A stretch of DNA of 61,881 bases from Nitrospirota bacterium (GTDB lineage: Bacteria > Nitrospirota > UBA9217): assembly GCA_963751455.1 (NCBI GenBank), contig CAVVUN010000005.1:1-61881 (forward strand). The letters run 5' to 3'. This document shows positions 20,443 through 31,000 of this stretch, in pieces; position 1 is the stretch's first letter; every line of letters starts with the position of its first letter. The notes below the pieces were generated by a model. That model was given only the letters and a program-made list of their open reading frames with translations. It made no database searches and was not told the origin of the DNA. The translations under genes were made by a program, and so were the position numbers.

Positions 20443-21369
20443 TCAGTTTCCGGCCCCTCCTCTTGCTTTTTGCAGGTTATCGTGCGCTTTCGCATAAAAA
20501 GACGGGCTCAATTCTATGGCCTTTTCGAACGAGGCCGCTGCATCCTCTTTTTTCCCCTCGACCAGGTAGAGATAACCTATGTTGTTCCGGGCCGTTGCGT
20601 CGCTGCCGGCCTGTTTAAAGGCCTCGTAGGCATCGTCGTATTGTCCCAGCTTCGCCAGCACGAGCGCGAGATTATTATAAACCTTGCTCCCTTCCTCTTT
20701 TTTCTCTATCGCCGTGACAAACGCGGTCTTGGCGTTCTCATACTCGCCGTTCATCGTATAGGAGACGCCGAGATTGTTGTAAATCGCCCCTGCGTCCGGT
20801 TTTAGCGAGATGGCCATCCAGTAATGATAAACGGCAAGATCGAATTTCCTTTGCCGGTCGTGGGCGATGCCGAGCAGGTTATGGGATTCCCACAGAAGCT
20901 TGTCCCTGTTCACGGCCTTCGTTAAATATTCGATGGCCTTGTCAGTGTCGCCGTCGAGAAGATAACACCTTCCCATTCCCTCACAGGCAAGAGCGTTGTC
21001 CGGATCTTTTTTGAGTATCTTCTCGAATTCATTTCGGGCTTCCTCGGTCATGCCCTTCAGCAAAAACAGCCGTCCCGTTTTATAGGAGATTGACGACCTT
21101 TCAGGGTCCATCTGGAGTGCTCTGGTGTAGCTTATGAAAGCGTTGTTCATATCGCCCCTCCTGAGATTGAGGTCTCCGAGGCGCTCGTACTCTTCCGCGG
21201 TAGCGAGCACTTCCGTCTTCTCGCCCTCCGGCGTCAATAACCTGCGCTGCCCCGGCGTTCCATATTGTGAGCTCTTTGCTGCAGGCGCGACTGTCCGGGT
21301 CGTTGCGCAGCCGGAAAAAAAGACTCCGGCAGCCAGGCAAAAAAGAAGCATATTTGTTTGTACTATCAC
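20443..21369 (-). CDS. tadD: TPR lipoprotein, TadD-like
   Basis: Lipobox FSGC, multiple TPRs (YNNLG, RNNIG), located after tadC. Confidence 0.75.
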   Translation of the reverse strand: MIVQTNMLLFCLAAGVFFSGCATTRTVAPAAKSSQYGTPGQRRLLTPEGEKTEVLATAEEYERLGDLNLRRGDMNNAFISYTRALQMDPERSSISYKTGRLFLLKGMTEEARNEFEKILKKDPDNALACEGMGRCYLLDGDTDKAIEYLTKAVNRDKLLWESHNLLGIAHDRQRKFDLAVYHYWMAISLKPDAGAIYNNLGVSYTMNGEYENAKTAFVTAIEKKEEGSKVYNNLALVLAKLGQYDDAYEAFKQAGSDATARNNIGYLYLVEGKKEDAAASFEKAIELSPSFYAKAHDNLQKARGGAGN

Positions 21370-22316
21370 GACAAGACCCCTCCTTTTATTACAGTCCGGT
21401 AGAATTTTATGATGCCCGGTCCCACCAGAGTCATCACGAGAGCAGGCAAGATGAAGAACACGAGGGGAAAAAGGATCTTTATGGGTATCTTGGCGGCCAT
21501 CTCTTCCGCCCTCAGGTATCTCTTCGACCGCATCGAATCGGAATGTACCCTCAGCGCCTGTCCCACCCGGGTGCCGAATTTGTCGGTCTGGATGAGAAGG
21601 GTAACGAGACCCGCCACATCTTCGAGGTCCGTCCTCATGGCAAGGTTGCGCAGGGCATCGGCCCGGGTCTTGCCGGCCCGGAGTTCAAGACTCAGCATCC
21701 TGAACTCATCGCTCAAGGTTTTATTTTTAAGAGCCATCTCGTCGCCCACACGCTTGATGGCCGCATCGAGCCCCATGCCGGCCTCAACGCAAACGACCAT
21801 AAGATCCAGGGCATCGGGGAATCCTTCGAAGATTTTTTTCTTTCTGTCCCGCGTTCTTCGGTAAAGATGAAGATCGGGAAGATAAAAGCCCGCAAGGGCG
21901 GAAAACAAAATGAGTGCCAGAAACTGCTGGGCCGGGAGGGCCTTCAGGACCATGAGTTTCAGGATCGCGGAAAGCAACGGGAGAAGGAGGGCCAGAAAAA
22001 CCTTTGCGCCGAAATAGACGATTGAATCGTTTTCTCCCTGGTATCCTGCGCATACGAGCCTCTTCCTGGTTTTTGTGATATTCCCTTCGTTTTTCGGTTT
22101 TATCGCTTCACCGAACCTGCTTACGAACTGGCGGACGTACCCTATCAATTTTCCGTCTCCCGAGTTGCCTTCGTTCTGTTCGGGGGCAGCTGCTTTCCTG
22201 ATCCGTTCTCTGACGCCTTTTTTCTTTTCAAAAAGATCAGAGTAATAGAACCCGAGCAGGCTGACAAGCAAGATTAGAACGAATAAGGATCCCGCTATCA
22301 ATAGAGTGCTGTCCAT
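21366..22316 (-). CDS. tadC: Tad pilus inner-membrane platform protein TadC
   Basis: FPDALDLMVVCVEAGMGLDAA and AEEMAAKIPIKILFPL. Confidence 0.93.
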   Translation of the reverse strand: MDSTLLIAGSLFVLILLVSLLGFYYSDLFEKKKGVRERIRKAAAPEQNEGNSGDGKLIGYVRQFVSRFGEAIKPKNEGNITKTRKRLVCAGYQGENDSIVYFGAKVFLALLLPLLSAILKLMVLKALPAQQFLALILFSALAGFYLPDLHLYRRTRDRKKKIFEGFPDALDLMVVCVEAGMGLDAAIKRVGDEMALKNKTLSDEFRMLSLELRAGKTRADALRNLAMRTDLEDVAGLVTLLIQTDKFGTRVGQALRVHSDSMRSKRYLRAEEMAAKIPIKILFPLVFFILPALVMTLVGPGIIKFYRTVIKGGVLS

Positions 22317-22327
22317 TTTCTCCCTCC

Positions 22328-23290
22328 TTAGGCCTTTATGGCCACCAGTTTTTTTATTACAAGGCTGCCGAAGCCCATCATGGTAAGGCCGGCTGCGATA
22401 ATAACCGTCCCTAACGGGTCGGAAAACAGCACTTTTATATATTCGGGATTGCCCAGGTAAAAAATTCCCACCACGACAAAGGGCATCGCCACGAGTACCA
22501 TAGCCGACATCTTGCCTTCGGCGGAAAGGACCCGGACGTGCCCATGGAATTTGAAGCGTTCCCGTATCAGGCGGCTCAGGTTCTCAAGTATCTCGGCAAG
22601 GTTGCCGCCGGTCTCTCTCTGTACAACAACGGAGACAACGAAAAACTTCAGATCTTCGCTGTCAATCCTGTGCGTCAAATTCATCAGGGCTTCAGGCACC
22701 CCGATCCCGAAATTGATCTCATCGAGTGCCTTTTTGAATTCCGGGCCCGCCGGGTCGGCGAATTCCTCGGCTACCAATCTCAAGCCCCCGGTAAAAGCGT
22801 GACCGGCCTTAAGGGCCCGGGCCAGGAGTTCAAGGGCTTCGGGCAATTGCCTTTCGAATTTCTCCATCCTTTTCTTCCTCTTGTACGAGAGGAAGAAAAA
22901 GGGGGTTGTTGCCAGAAGGAGCGACGGCAGCGCCACGGCAAAAAGGTCTATTCTCATGACTTTTGCTGGAAGAAACCCGGCAAAGAAAAGGCCCGCGGAA
23001 AAAAGCATGTAAACTCCCAGCGGATGGGGTGCGTTCGCTTCGTCGCGGAGGCGTTCGAGCCTGACAAGGAAGGTTGCTTTGAGCAGTTTCCTGTTGAGCC
23101 AGGGGATCTCACTCAGGATTTTTTTCTTGGCGATGTCTATCGTTTCGCTTCCTCCTGCCATCGAGAGAAATCTCAGCCGTCTGTACACCTCGCGCTGTTC
23201 CGGTTTGTAAATTTTTTTTACTAACAAATATCCTCCGCATATTAAAAGCAGCGTCAGCACGAACACGCTTGCTCCGATCAGTGTTTCCAT
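22328..23290 (-). CDS. tadB: Tad pilus inner-membrane platform protein TadB
   Basis: QLPEALELLARALKAGH, QRETGGNLAEIL, SAEGKMSA. Confidence 0.93.
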   Translation of the reverse strand: METLIGASVFVLTLLLICGGYLLVKKIYKPEQREVYRRLRFLSMAGGSETIDIAKKKILSEIPWLNRKLLKATFLVRLERLRDEANAPHPLGVYMLFSAGLFFAGFLPAKVMRIDLFAVALPSLLLATTPFFFLSYKRKKRMEKFERQLPEALELLARALKAGHAFTGGLRLVAEEFADPAGPEFKKALDEINFGIGVPEALMNLTHRIDSEDLKFFVVSVVVQRETGGNLAEILENLSRLIRERFKFHGHVRVLSAEGKMSAMVLVAMPFVVVGIFYLGNPEYIKVLFSDPLGTVIIAAGLTMMGFGSLVIKKLVAIKA

Positions 23291-23390
23291 TGTTCACCTC
23301 CTCTCTGATTTGATCCAATTCGTATAGAGTCTCATTACTGCAGCGCTGTTCTCAGCGAACGGTGTGAAAGTCCTCTTTTTTGAGAATTCG

Positions 23391-24767
23391 TCAGATTTCC
23401 GAGGTCTTTTTTTCATCGAAGAGCTCGTATGGCACGGGTATGTTCATGACCTTGAACTTCTCAATAAACCTGGGCATGATTCCTCCCGCAACAAACCTTC
23501 CCCTGACCATACCCTTGTCGTCTATGCCGGTTTGTCTGAAGGCGAATATCTCCTGCATGGTTACGACGTTGCCTTCCATGCCGGTTATCTCGTGAACGCT
23601 CACGACCTTTCGCGTCCCGTCAACGAGACGTGAAAGCTGGATCAAGACGTTGATCGCCGAGCTGATATACTTCCTGACTGCCTCGTTCGGAATATTGAGC
23701 CCTGCCATGGATATGATCGTCTCCAGACGCATCAGGGCATCGCGCGGAGAATTCGCGTGGAGCGTGGTCAGAGAGCCGTCGTGGCCGGTATTCATCGCCT
23801 GCAGCATGTCCACGGCCTCGTGGCTGCGGACTTCGCCCACGATGATCCTGTCCGGCCGCATCCGGAGGCTGTTTCGTACGAGATCGCGTGCCGTGATTTC
23901 TCCCCTGCCTTCTATGTTCTGCGGCCTCGTTTCGAGGCGGACGACATGTTCCTGTTTGAGCTGCAGTTCCGCTGAATCTTCGATGGTGACGATTCGTTCG
24001 TCGCCGGGAATAAAGCGGGACAGGACGTTTAAAAACGTCGTCTTTCCGGTCCCGGTGCCGCCCGATATCATTACATTGAGCCGCGCCCTGACAATGCCTT
24101 TGAGAAGGGCGCCAAGCTCAGGAGTCAGGGTCTTCAGGCCGATCAAATCCTCGAGCTCGAGGGGGTCAACCGAAAAGCGCCTTATTGAGAGCGTCGGGCC
24201 GTCGATCGCCAGGGGCGGTATGATCGCATTCACCCTCGAGCCGTCGGCAAGACGCGCATCCACCATGGGGCTCGATTCATCGATCCTCCGTCCCACCGCG
24301 GAAACAATCTTCTCGATGATCCTTCGCAAGTGCGCATCGTCCTTGAACCGGGCCTCGGTCTTCTCGAGCTTTCCGAACCGCTCGAGGTATATCTGCCGGT
24401 ACGTGTTTACGAGAATGTCCGATACCGTCGGGTCGTGCAGGAACGCTTCTATCGGGCCCAGGCCCATCACCTCGTCCTCTATGTCCTTAAGAAGTTTTTC
24501 ACGTTCCTGGAAATTAAGAGGCACCCTGATCTTTTCTTCGGAGAGTACGCGCTCGGCGAGTCTTCTTATCTCTTGCCTGAGCTGACCGTTTTCTACGGTC
24601 TCGAGGAGCTTGAGGTCGATAACGTCCAGAAGCCTGTTTTGGACGGCGATCTTCAGTTCCTGGTATTCGTTGGTGGCGACAAAGCCGCGGTTGACCACGG
24701 CGTGCGGGTTCACCCTTTTAAATGCATGGGTCTCCATCGTATTTCCCGGCCCTTTTATGTCCTGCAT
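23391..24767 (-). CDS. cpaF: Tad/Cpa assembly ATPase
   Basis: [39 protein letters not shown]. Confidence 0.96.
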   Translation of the reverse strand: MQDIKGPGNTMETHAFKRVNPHAVVNRGFVATNEYQELKIAVQNRLLDVIDLKLLETVENGQLRQEIRRLAERVLSEEKIRVPLNFQEREKLLKDIEDEVMGLGPIEAFLHDPTVSDILVNTYRQIYLERFGKLEKTEARFKDDAHLRRIIEKIVSAVGRRIDESSPMVDARLADGSRVNAIIPPLAIDGPTLSIRRFSVDPLELEDLIGLKTLTPELGALLKGIVRARLNVMISGGTGTGKTTFLNVLSRFIPGDERIVTIEDSAELQLKQEHVVRLETRPQNIEGRGEITARDLVRNSLRMRPDRIIVGEVRSHEAVDMLQAMNTGHDGSLTTLHANSPRDALMRLETIISMAGLNIPNEAVRKYISSAINVLIQLSRLVDGTRKVVSVHEITGMEGNVVTMQEIFAFRQTGIDDKGMVRGRFVAGGIMPRFIEKFKVMNIPVPYELFDEKKTSEI

Positions 24768-24833
24768 TTGGACCCTCCGCTAAGATGATGTACACGAACT
24801 ACTTTTGATAATCTCGTAAAGGTCCCCAAATAA

Positions 24834-24921
24834 TGTCATTGCGAGCGAAGCGAAGCAATCTCGCCTTTCATAACTCGTTGAACATCCGAGATTGCCGCGT
24901 CGCTCCGCTCCTCGCAATGAC
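24834..24921. repeat. GTCATTGCGAG...CTCGCAATGAC palindromic intergenic element
   Basis: Terminal inverted repeat gtcattgcgag/ctcgcaatgac with an inner gcaatctc/gagattgc stem. Confidence 0.8.
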
Positions 24922-25038
24922 GGCATGAAATACTTTTACAATCTCATCACTTTTGATGCTCTTGTAAAAGATCCCAAACCAACTTAGAAGACTCTTCGCT
25001 TCGCTCAGGGTGACGGTTTCAGAGTTCCTACGAAACCG

Positions 25039-26280
25039 TTACTTCTTCCCGGTGGCGTTTACGGGAAAAACGGGTTTTCTCTCCTGACGACTTCCCTTAT
25101 GAACGCGCAGGGCCAGTTCCCTGAAATTCTTCATTACGCGGGAAAAAGAGGATTTTTCCTTCTTGACGGCTTCTTTATTGAGGAGTAAGGCAGCCAGTTC
25201 TCTGAAGCTCTCCATGATCGTGGATTTCAGGGCCACGTCCGAAATGGTTTTCCCGTTATTGATTGCCGACATGGTTGTCTCGTAATCATTCGGGATCATG
25301 GCAACTATTTTTCTCCCAAGGGTCTTTTCCGCATCATCCTGAGATACCATCGGATTTTTCTGAAAACGATTGATAAGGAATTTTATGTCCTTCCCGCGGG
25401 AGAGTCCCAGACCCTCGAAGGCTTCCTGAATTTTTTTTGCGTTAACGAGGGCGGGGAGGTTCAATTCAGTGACCACCAGTATTGTGTCTGAAAGGGCGAG
25501 CATCCGGAGCGACAATTCGTCAAAGGATTTGCAGCCGTCCACGACGATAAGATCGAAAGCCGACCGCAGGAGACCGACAAGCCTTTCCATGGCGTCGGGC
25601 GTCACTGTCTCCAGTCCCCATGGATGGAGAGGAGAAGGCAGGACATGGATGCCCGCGGGATGCTCGTAAAGCGTGTTCAATAGATAGGTCGTATCCATGC
25701 GTGCGATCTCCCTGGCCGCCTCTGCCCAACTGAAAGAGCTTTTCATGTCGAGGAAAAGATGGATGCTGCCGAGGAGCGGGGTCATGTCCATCAGTACAAC
25801 CGCTTTTTCTCTTTCCAATTCCTTGAGTGAAACGGCAAGGTTTACGGCCGTAGTCGTCGCGCCCACTCCGCCCTTGCTGCCGATGATACTGATAAGACGC
25901 CCATTTTTTTCCTTCGCCTTTCCCGAGACTTCCGCCTTGATGCTCCTTTTCAGTTTCTCAAGGGCGGCAACGACTTCTTCCTTGTTGATCGGCTGGGGAA
26001 AAAATTCCTTCACACTCGTCTTCAATGCCCTCAAGAGGACCTCCGGGTCCTTGCGCGAAGATGTGAGGAAGACCTCCCTGGCCAGGCCTTTTGCCTTGAT
26101 CCGTTCTATGTGCAAGAACTCCTCCTCGAGGTCTCCGCCTATTTCCACGAACATTACGTCGCAGGTGTTGCCGTTGCTGCTTATGAAGAAACCCGGGACA
26201 GCGGAAACAGCTTCTTTCAGGTCGGCGGTCGTTTCGGGATTTTTGATATTCAGTTTGACAGCTAGGGTTTTTTCAGACAT
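25039..26280 (-). CDS. cpaE: CpaE/TadZ (receiver-like + MinD/ParA-like domain)
   Basis: GSKGGVGATTTAVNLA, IPNDY and AINNG motifs, upstream of cpaF. Confidence 0.88.
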   Translation of the reverse strand: MSEKTLAVKLNIKNPETTADLKEAVSAVPGFFISSNGNTCDVMFVEIGGDLEEEFLHIERIKAKGLAREVFLTSSRKDPEVLLRALKTSVKEFFPQPINKEEVVAALEKLKRSIKAEVSGKAKEKNGRLISIIGSKGGVGATTTAVNLAVSLKELEREKAVVLMDMTPLLGSIHLFLDMKSSFSWAEAAREIARMDTTYLLNTLYEHPAGIHVLPSPLHPWGLETVTPDAMERLVGLLRSAFDLIVVDGCKSFDELSLRMLALSDTILVVTELNLPALVNAKKIQEAFEGLGLSRGKDIKFLINRFQKNPMVSQDDAEKTLGRKIVAMIPNDYETTMSAINNGKTISDVALKSTIMESFRELAALLLNKEAVKKEKSSFSRVMKNFRELALRVHKGSRQERKPVFPVNATGKK

Positions 26281-26297
26281 TTCACGACCTCTCCGTT

Positions 26298-27416
26298 TTA
26301 TTGCACCAGGTTTGGGATGCCGCCCAGGGTCCCGGCATTAGGTCCTCCCCCGGGAGAATACACGATTTTATCGCAAACAACCTGGGCGTTGATCTGCTGC
26401 GGAGCGGGGGGAGCGGTAACCGCTGAAATAACGACCGTGGATAACCCCACGATGATCATGGTTCCATGTGGAGCGCTGCAATCAGGCAGCTCATAGACCG
26501 GCACTGTGGCAGTCCATGTGCCGGAGTCGGTATCCTGGTCCAGTACTCCGTCGTTTTTCTTCCTCATGGTGTCAAATAGCGTTGTTAAGTTGACGAGGGC
26601 CGCTGCAACATTGCCGCCCGTAAAATCAAATTGAGTGACACCCGTCGTGGTCTTCGGGCTGACATAGGCGCCGTCATTTAATCGGTCTATGGTATTTCTC
26701 AGCGTATTGGCGCTGGACGGACTTTGATCGTATACATGCCAACCGGCGCAGCCTGAGGCCACGTTCGTGGGGTAAAGAACTATAGGGTTGTTGCAATAGA
26801 CGGCCGGGTCCGAGAACCATGCCGACGATATTCCCACCGGAACAGGAAGCCCCCCTTCGGGAACGCTTGGCAGGCCGGTCAAGGCCGCTGTGGCCATGGC
26901 TGAGGCGTTAAACGAACCGACTCCGACTACTCCGGCGAGGAACATAAGAACGGGCCCGTTTGCCGCACCGTCTCTTCTGGCGATTACCCTCACTGCATTC
27001 GGCGTGATCGGCTGCGGTGTCGTGGTAAAAGTTCCGGCGCCGGGGTCCCAGAGACCGAGTATGATATCGGCGCTGCTGACGCTGATGCTCTGCCCGGCCA
27101 CTTTGACTGCGGCCATGCCCGTCATTTCAGTGACTTTCGCAACAATTTCATCCTTGTGCCCGTATGCATAATATTCCCGTGCGGAATAAGACAGGGACGT
27201 GTACGCGGGCGAGCTGTAGACGGAACTGAGCTGGCTTGTAGCCGCGAGAGCGCAGGCATCGGCGACGTTCTGCAGCTCGTTCCTGGTAACCATCATATGA
27301 CCCACATCTATGCCGAGGGCTGCAAAGCCTATAAGCACGATCAGTAGCAACGCCACTATTACAGTCACTGTCCCTGTTTTGTTTTTTAGCCTGTCAAAAA
27401 GCGTCTTTCCGTTCAT
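26298..27416 (-). CDS. TadG-like pseudopilin/adhesin
   Basis: G-TVTVIVALLL...ALGIDVG...RNELQNVADACALAA. Confidence 0.85.
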   Translation of the reverse strand: MNGKTLFDRLKNKTGTVTVIVALLLIVLIGFAALGIDVGHMMVTRNELQNVADACALAATSQLSSVYSSPAYTSLSYSAREYYAYGHKDEIVAKVTEMTGMAAVKVAGQSISVSSADIILGLWDPGAGTFTTTPQPITPNAVRVIARRDGAANGPVLMFLAGVVGVGSFNASAMATAALTGLPSVPEGGLPVPVGISSAWFSDPAVYCNNPIVLYPTNVASGCAGWHVYDQSPSSANTLRNTIDRLNDGAYVSPKTTTGVTQFDFTGGNVAAALVNLTTLFDTMRKKNDGVLDQDTDSGTWTATVPVYELPDCSAPHGTMIIVGLSTVVISAVTAPPAPQQINAQVVCDKIVYSPGGGPNAGTLGGIPNLVQ

Positions 27417-27435
27417 GCGGGCTTCTCCTCTCTTA

Positions 27436-27858
27436 CTATTCGCATCTCATGACGGTGGCCCCGTTAAGGACAAGTGGGCCGGTCAACCTCGTGAGGAAAT
27501 TGGGCAAAACTAAAAAATTATAAGGGTATGAGACTGCAACCGTAAGCAGATCGCCGGGATTGACACACGCGGCGGATACGGTAGTGGTGATCGGAGCTGC
27601 GCCGAAGGAAATCAAGTTGCTTGCGCAGTACGTCGTAACCGTGGCTGTGATTTCACCCGGGGTAACTCTTGGAGGCGGCTGCATCACGATCCCCCTCCTC
27701 GCCCCCTCCCTGCTGGCGTTGGTGATTACGGCCTTGTCATACATGGCGCTGCTGAACTCGATTACCGCAAAAAGTATGAGAAGGAGCAGCGGCAGTATAA
27801 GAGCGAACTCCACCGCTGATGCGCCTCTATTTCCATATTTTTTATTTGCCGTATACAT
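27436..27858 (-). CDS. tadE: TadE-like pseudopilin
   Basis: RGASAVEFALILP and NASREGAR. Start at the ATG at 27858. Confidence 0.88.
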   Translation of the reverse strand: MYTANKKYGNRGASAVEFALILPLLLLILFAVIEFSSAMYDKAVITNASREGARRGIVMQPPPRVTPGEITATVTTYCASNLISFGAAPITTTVSAACVNPGDLLTVAVSYPYNFLVLPNFLTRLTGPLVLNGATVMRCE

Positions 27859-28150
27859 CTTGTCCCGTCCCCTTAGCGCCCGGCGTGGGCGCAATTGTAA
27901 AACCCTGCCGGGCCGGCTGGTCACAGCCCTTGCTGAAGCTGTCTGTGTAATTATTCATGGTCTGTTCCGCGGCCTTGCCGCTGAGCCCGGTAACGGGCGC
28001 CAGGTTCTTCGAGGCCTGCGGGTTCAGGATCTGGCCGTGCTTCGCCATGGTGTACGATTTTCCGTAGTCTTCTTCGAGCGCGCCATAGTGAGCGCACCCG
28101 GCCCCGATCATAAAAACTGCGATCAGTGCGGCATATGATTTTCTTTTCAT
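27842..28150 (-). CDS. Small Tad-associated lipoprotein
   Basis: Lipobox GAGC, GGAGG RBS, located between the secretin gene and tadE. Confidence 0.75.
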   Translation of the reverse strand: MKRKSYAALIAVFMIGAGCAHYGALEEDYGKSYTMAKHGQILNPQASKNLAPVTGLSGKAAEQTMNNYTDSFSKGCDQPARQGFTIAPTPGAKGTGQDVYGK

Positions 28151-28285
28151 AAACTACCTCCCGCGTTAAGTTAAGCTTTTCGTCTGATTGTTGTCGGCAC
28201 AGCCATAGCCGGGATGTCTTTGCCGTAAACTGCCGCCATGAGCTGCTTGTCCCGGAGCACAACGATGACCCATGAGTTTATTTTT

Positions 28286-29725
28286 TTACGGCACAATGTG
28301 TCCCACTTCTCCGTCAAAACCTTTCTTACTAAGCGGCACGGACGAGATACGTGCTTTCGGTTTTCCCACCAGATCGCCCATGAGATAGAATGCGAAGTCG
28401 CCGGGATCGCCGTACTTGTCCGTGGGCAGCGTCTGCTTGCTCATGTCGAGCGGTTTTACGAGATGGGGGGTCACGATCACGACGAGTTCCGTCTCGTTTT
28501 TCTTGAAGGCGGAGCTGCGAAACAGCGCTCCCAGGACCGGTATGTCCCCGAGGAGGGGAAATTTAGCGATATCTTCGGTAACCTTCTCGCTTAAAAGTCC
28601 CGCTAAAGCAAAACTCTGCCCATCGGCAAGTTCGATGACGGTGGAGACATCTCTTTCCGTAAAAGCCGGGATAAGGAAGCCGTTCGAGACGATGGCGTTT
28701 GAGAAATCAATGTCCGAAACCCTCGGCGCAACGTGCATCGAGATTTTCCCTTCGCTCAGAACTGTTGGCGTAAAGCTCAGTCCAACGCCGAATTTTTTGT
28801 ACTTGATGGAAACGGAGCCCAGCCCGGCGGCTTCGGGTATCGGCACTTCTCCCCCGGCGTTGAAGCTCGCTGTCTGACCGCTCAGGGCCGTAAGCGTCGG
28901 CTCGGCAAGGATCGTTAACAGGCCGTTGTCCTTGAGAGCGTCAATAAAGCCCGTCCAGGAAGCCCCGTTATGAACGAATCTGAACAGTGCGTTGATGCTC
29001 GGGGAGACCGCGACTCCTCCCGGGGCGGAAATATCCGAACTCCCAAATGGAAACGCGAGAGGCGGTTGAGTTTTAAGACTCGTAAGGTTGTTCAGGACGG
29101 CTGCACCGAATTTATCGCCGTTTGCCGATACCCCGTTGAAATTGATGCCGAGCCTTCTCAGGGTGCTTTTCTGTATTTCGGAGACCCTCACTTCGAGCAT
29201 CACCTGCTGGACGCCGCCGACCTCAAGAAGGTCGACCACCTTGCCGAACGGCCCGGCCAGGGAAACCGCCATCGCGTGATTGGCGGCATTTGAGACTGTG
29301 CCCGAAAGCGTGATGCTGTCATGGATAGAAGAAACTTTTATGTTCTCTTCCCGTGGGAGGAGGTCGTGAAGCTTCTCCTTGAGACGGACAATGTCCGGTG
29401 AGACTTCAACGTCATACGCGGCAAGAACGGCGTTGTCTTCCCACAGGGTGAGATTGGTCATGCCCGGCGTTTTCCCCGTCAGGTACACTTGCCGGGGCGA
29501 GAGTACGAGGGCGTCCGCGAAGGCCGGCGCGGCCAAGGAAACACGTTTTACCGCGGCAGGGCTCTCGATGACGATGGATTTCCCCACCACAAGGCTTAAC
29601 TTCTGGGGTGATGTGACGTTGAGCGTCACGAGCGAGTCTTTCGCCAAGGCCTCACTGACAAATATGCTGTATGTTAGGATAATGAGTGCGAATATTAGTA
29701 AAGCGCCCCGTCGTCTTTTCATCAT
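28286..29725 (-). CDS. cpaC: Tad secretin CpaC/RcpA
   Basis: QQVMLEVRVSE, LAEPTL..LSGQTASF.AGGE.P, PLLGDIPVLGALFRS, ETELVVIVTP. Confidence 0.95.
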   Translation of the reverse strand: MMKRRRGALLIFALIILTYSIFVSEALAKDSLVTLNVTSPQKLSLVVGKSIVIESPAAVKRVSLAAPAFADALVLSPRQVYLTGKTPGMTNLTLWEDNAVLAAYDVEVSPDIVRLKEKLHDLLPREENIKVSSIHDSITLSGTVSNAANHAMAVSLAGPFGKVVDLLEVGGVQQVMLEVRVSEIQKSTLRRLGINFNGVSANGDKFGAAVLNNLTSLKTQPPLAFPFGSSDISAPGGVAVSPSINALFRFVHNGASWTGFIDALKDNGLLTILAEPTLTALSGQTASFNAGGEVPIPEAAGLGSVSIKYKKFGVGLSFTPTVLSEGKISMHVAPRVSDIDFSNAIVSNGFLIPAFTERDVSTVIELADGQSFALAGLLSEKVTEDIAKFPLLGDIPVLGALFRSSAFKKNETELVVIVTPHLVKPLDMSKQTLPTDKYGDPGDFAFYLMGDLVGKPKARISSVPLSKKGFDGEVGHIVP

Positions 29726-29730
29726 GACTC

Positions 29731-30609
29731 TTATTCACTCCCTTCTTTGAATTTCACTTCATTCACTTTATGGCCCTCTATTAATTGCACCCGGGAATAG
29801 GATTCCTGAACAGGTTCCTTGACCGGATCTTTTACAGCATCCACTGCTGCGACTTTCTTCTGTTTTATCTTCCTTTCGGATTTTCCGCTTAATATCGTGA
29901 TCAGCGACTGGACCGTAGCCCCTTTGGTCGACATATTTTTGGTATCGATATAATTTCTGAGCGAGAGTTGAAGTTTCCCTTCAGTCGAGGAGAGGGCAAG
30001 CACTTCCGCCTCCTCCGGAGACACTTCAAGCGTGATGACGTCGACTTCTACGGGCTTTTCCTGCTTGTTTTTGATCTCTGTTTCCGTCCCGGTAGCGAGT
30101 ACGGGGATGTTTTCGAGTACGGTCAAGGTCATCGGCATCGCTGAATACGTAGGTCGGAAGGTGGCGACAACGTCCACCCTGTTCCCCGGATGGATAAAGC
30201 CCGAAACGCCCTTCACTTTGTCGACCCGCACGGTCATGGCCCGTTTGTTCTGGGATATGACGGCCGCAACCCCGCCCTTGGTAATGTCAGAGGTGGCCAG
30301 GCGCGATCCGAATATCGGCTCGTCGGCCTTTAGGGGCGCGATGATGACGCGTCCGGTAAGCGAGGCCGGGTCTGTAAAAAAGTCCGCGGTCAGACTTCCC
30401 TTAAGAAAGGGAACCGTCTTAACCATCTCCGGCTTGATGACCGTCCCCCAGCTCAGGTCCGTAACTGCCACGGCCACGTTCACAATCTCCCCGCGCTGGT
30501 TTGCTAATGCAATGGATCGGACCTTGAGCCACTGGTAAACGAGAAAGCTCGTGGCCAGAGCGACCAGCACGATCAAGACGATAAGTATTGCGGGTTTATA
30601 TCTTTTCAC
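29731..30609 (-). CDS. cpaB: Flp pilus assembly protein CpaB/RcpC
   Basis: SAF-like domain, KRAMTVRVD..GVSGFIHPGNRVDV and VITLEVSPEEAE. Confidence 0.92.
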   Translation of the reverse strand: MKRYKPAILIVLIVLVALATSFLVYQWLKVRSIALANQRGEIVNVAVAVTDLSWGTVIKPEMVKTVPFLKGSLTADFFTDPASLTGRVIIAPLKADEPIFGSRLATSDITKGGVAAVISQNKRAMTVRVDKVKGVSGFIHPGNRVDVVATFRPTYSAMPMTLTVLENIPVLATGTETEIKNKQEKPVEVDVITLEVSPEEAEVLALSSTEGKLQLSLRNYIDTKNMSTKGATVQSLITILSGKSERKIKQKKVAAVDAVKDPVKEPVQESYSRVQLIEGHKVNEVKFKEGSE

Positions 30610-30652
30610 GTCACACCCCCGGATTTACGGACAAATTTTTTCATTTATTGGT

Positions 30653-30681
30653 GGGAGAGATGCTCGGAAGGCATCTCTCCC
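30653..30681. terminator. Strong hairpin just downstream of flp (attenuator or mRNA stabiliser)
   Basis: GGGAGAGATGC-tcggaag-GCATCTCTCCC, a perfect 11-bp stem without an adjacent U-tract on the minus strand. Confidence 0.6.
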
Positions 30682-30690
30682 GAGAGGCTG

Positions 30691-30873
30691 CTAACTCGTT
30701 GTAAGCGCGGTTGTAATGTTGTCAATCGCCGCCTGCAGCGCCGAAGAGACTCCTGGCGAAAAAACCAGGACGATAATGCCTGCCATGATGACCGCGACGA
30801 GCGCCCACTCCACGCTCACTTCGCCTTTTTCCTCTTTCAGTTTCATCAGCATGTTCTTCAACGTCTCCTTCAT
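30691..30873 (-). CDS. flp: Flp (type IVc) pilin
   Basis: 60 aa, basic leader, G|EVSVEW with Glu+5, hydrophobic helix and an AAGGAGGTG RBS. Confidence 0.88.
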   Translation of the reverse strand: MKETLKNMLMKLKEEKGEVSVEWALVAVIMAGIIVLVFSPGVSSALQAAIDNITTALTTS

Positions 30874-31000
30874 TTTCTTTCACCTCCTTTCATCATGAAG
30901 TTAAAGCCGTCTTGATGCCGGTACAAGTACTTGGGGAAAAGCCGTAACTGATAGCTTTGGGTGGAGCCTTGATCGGCGCCGCTTATGAGCAATGAGCCGC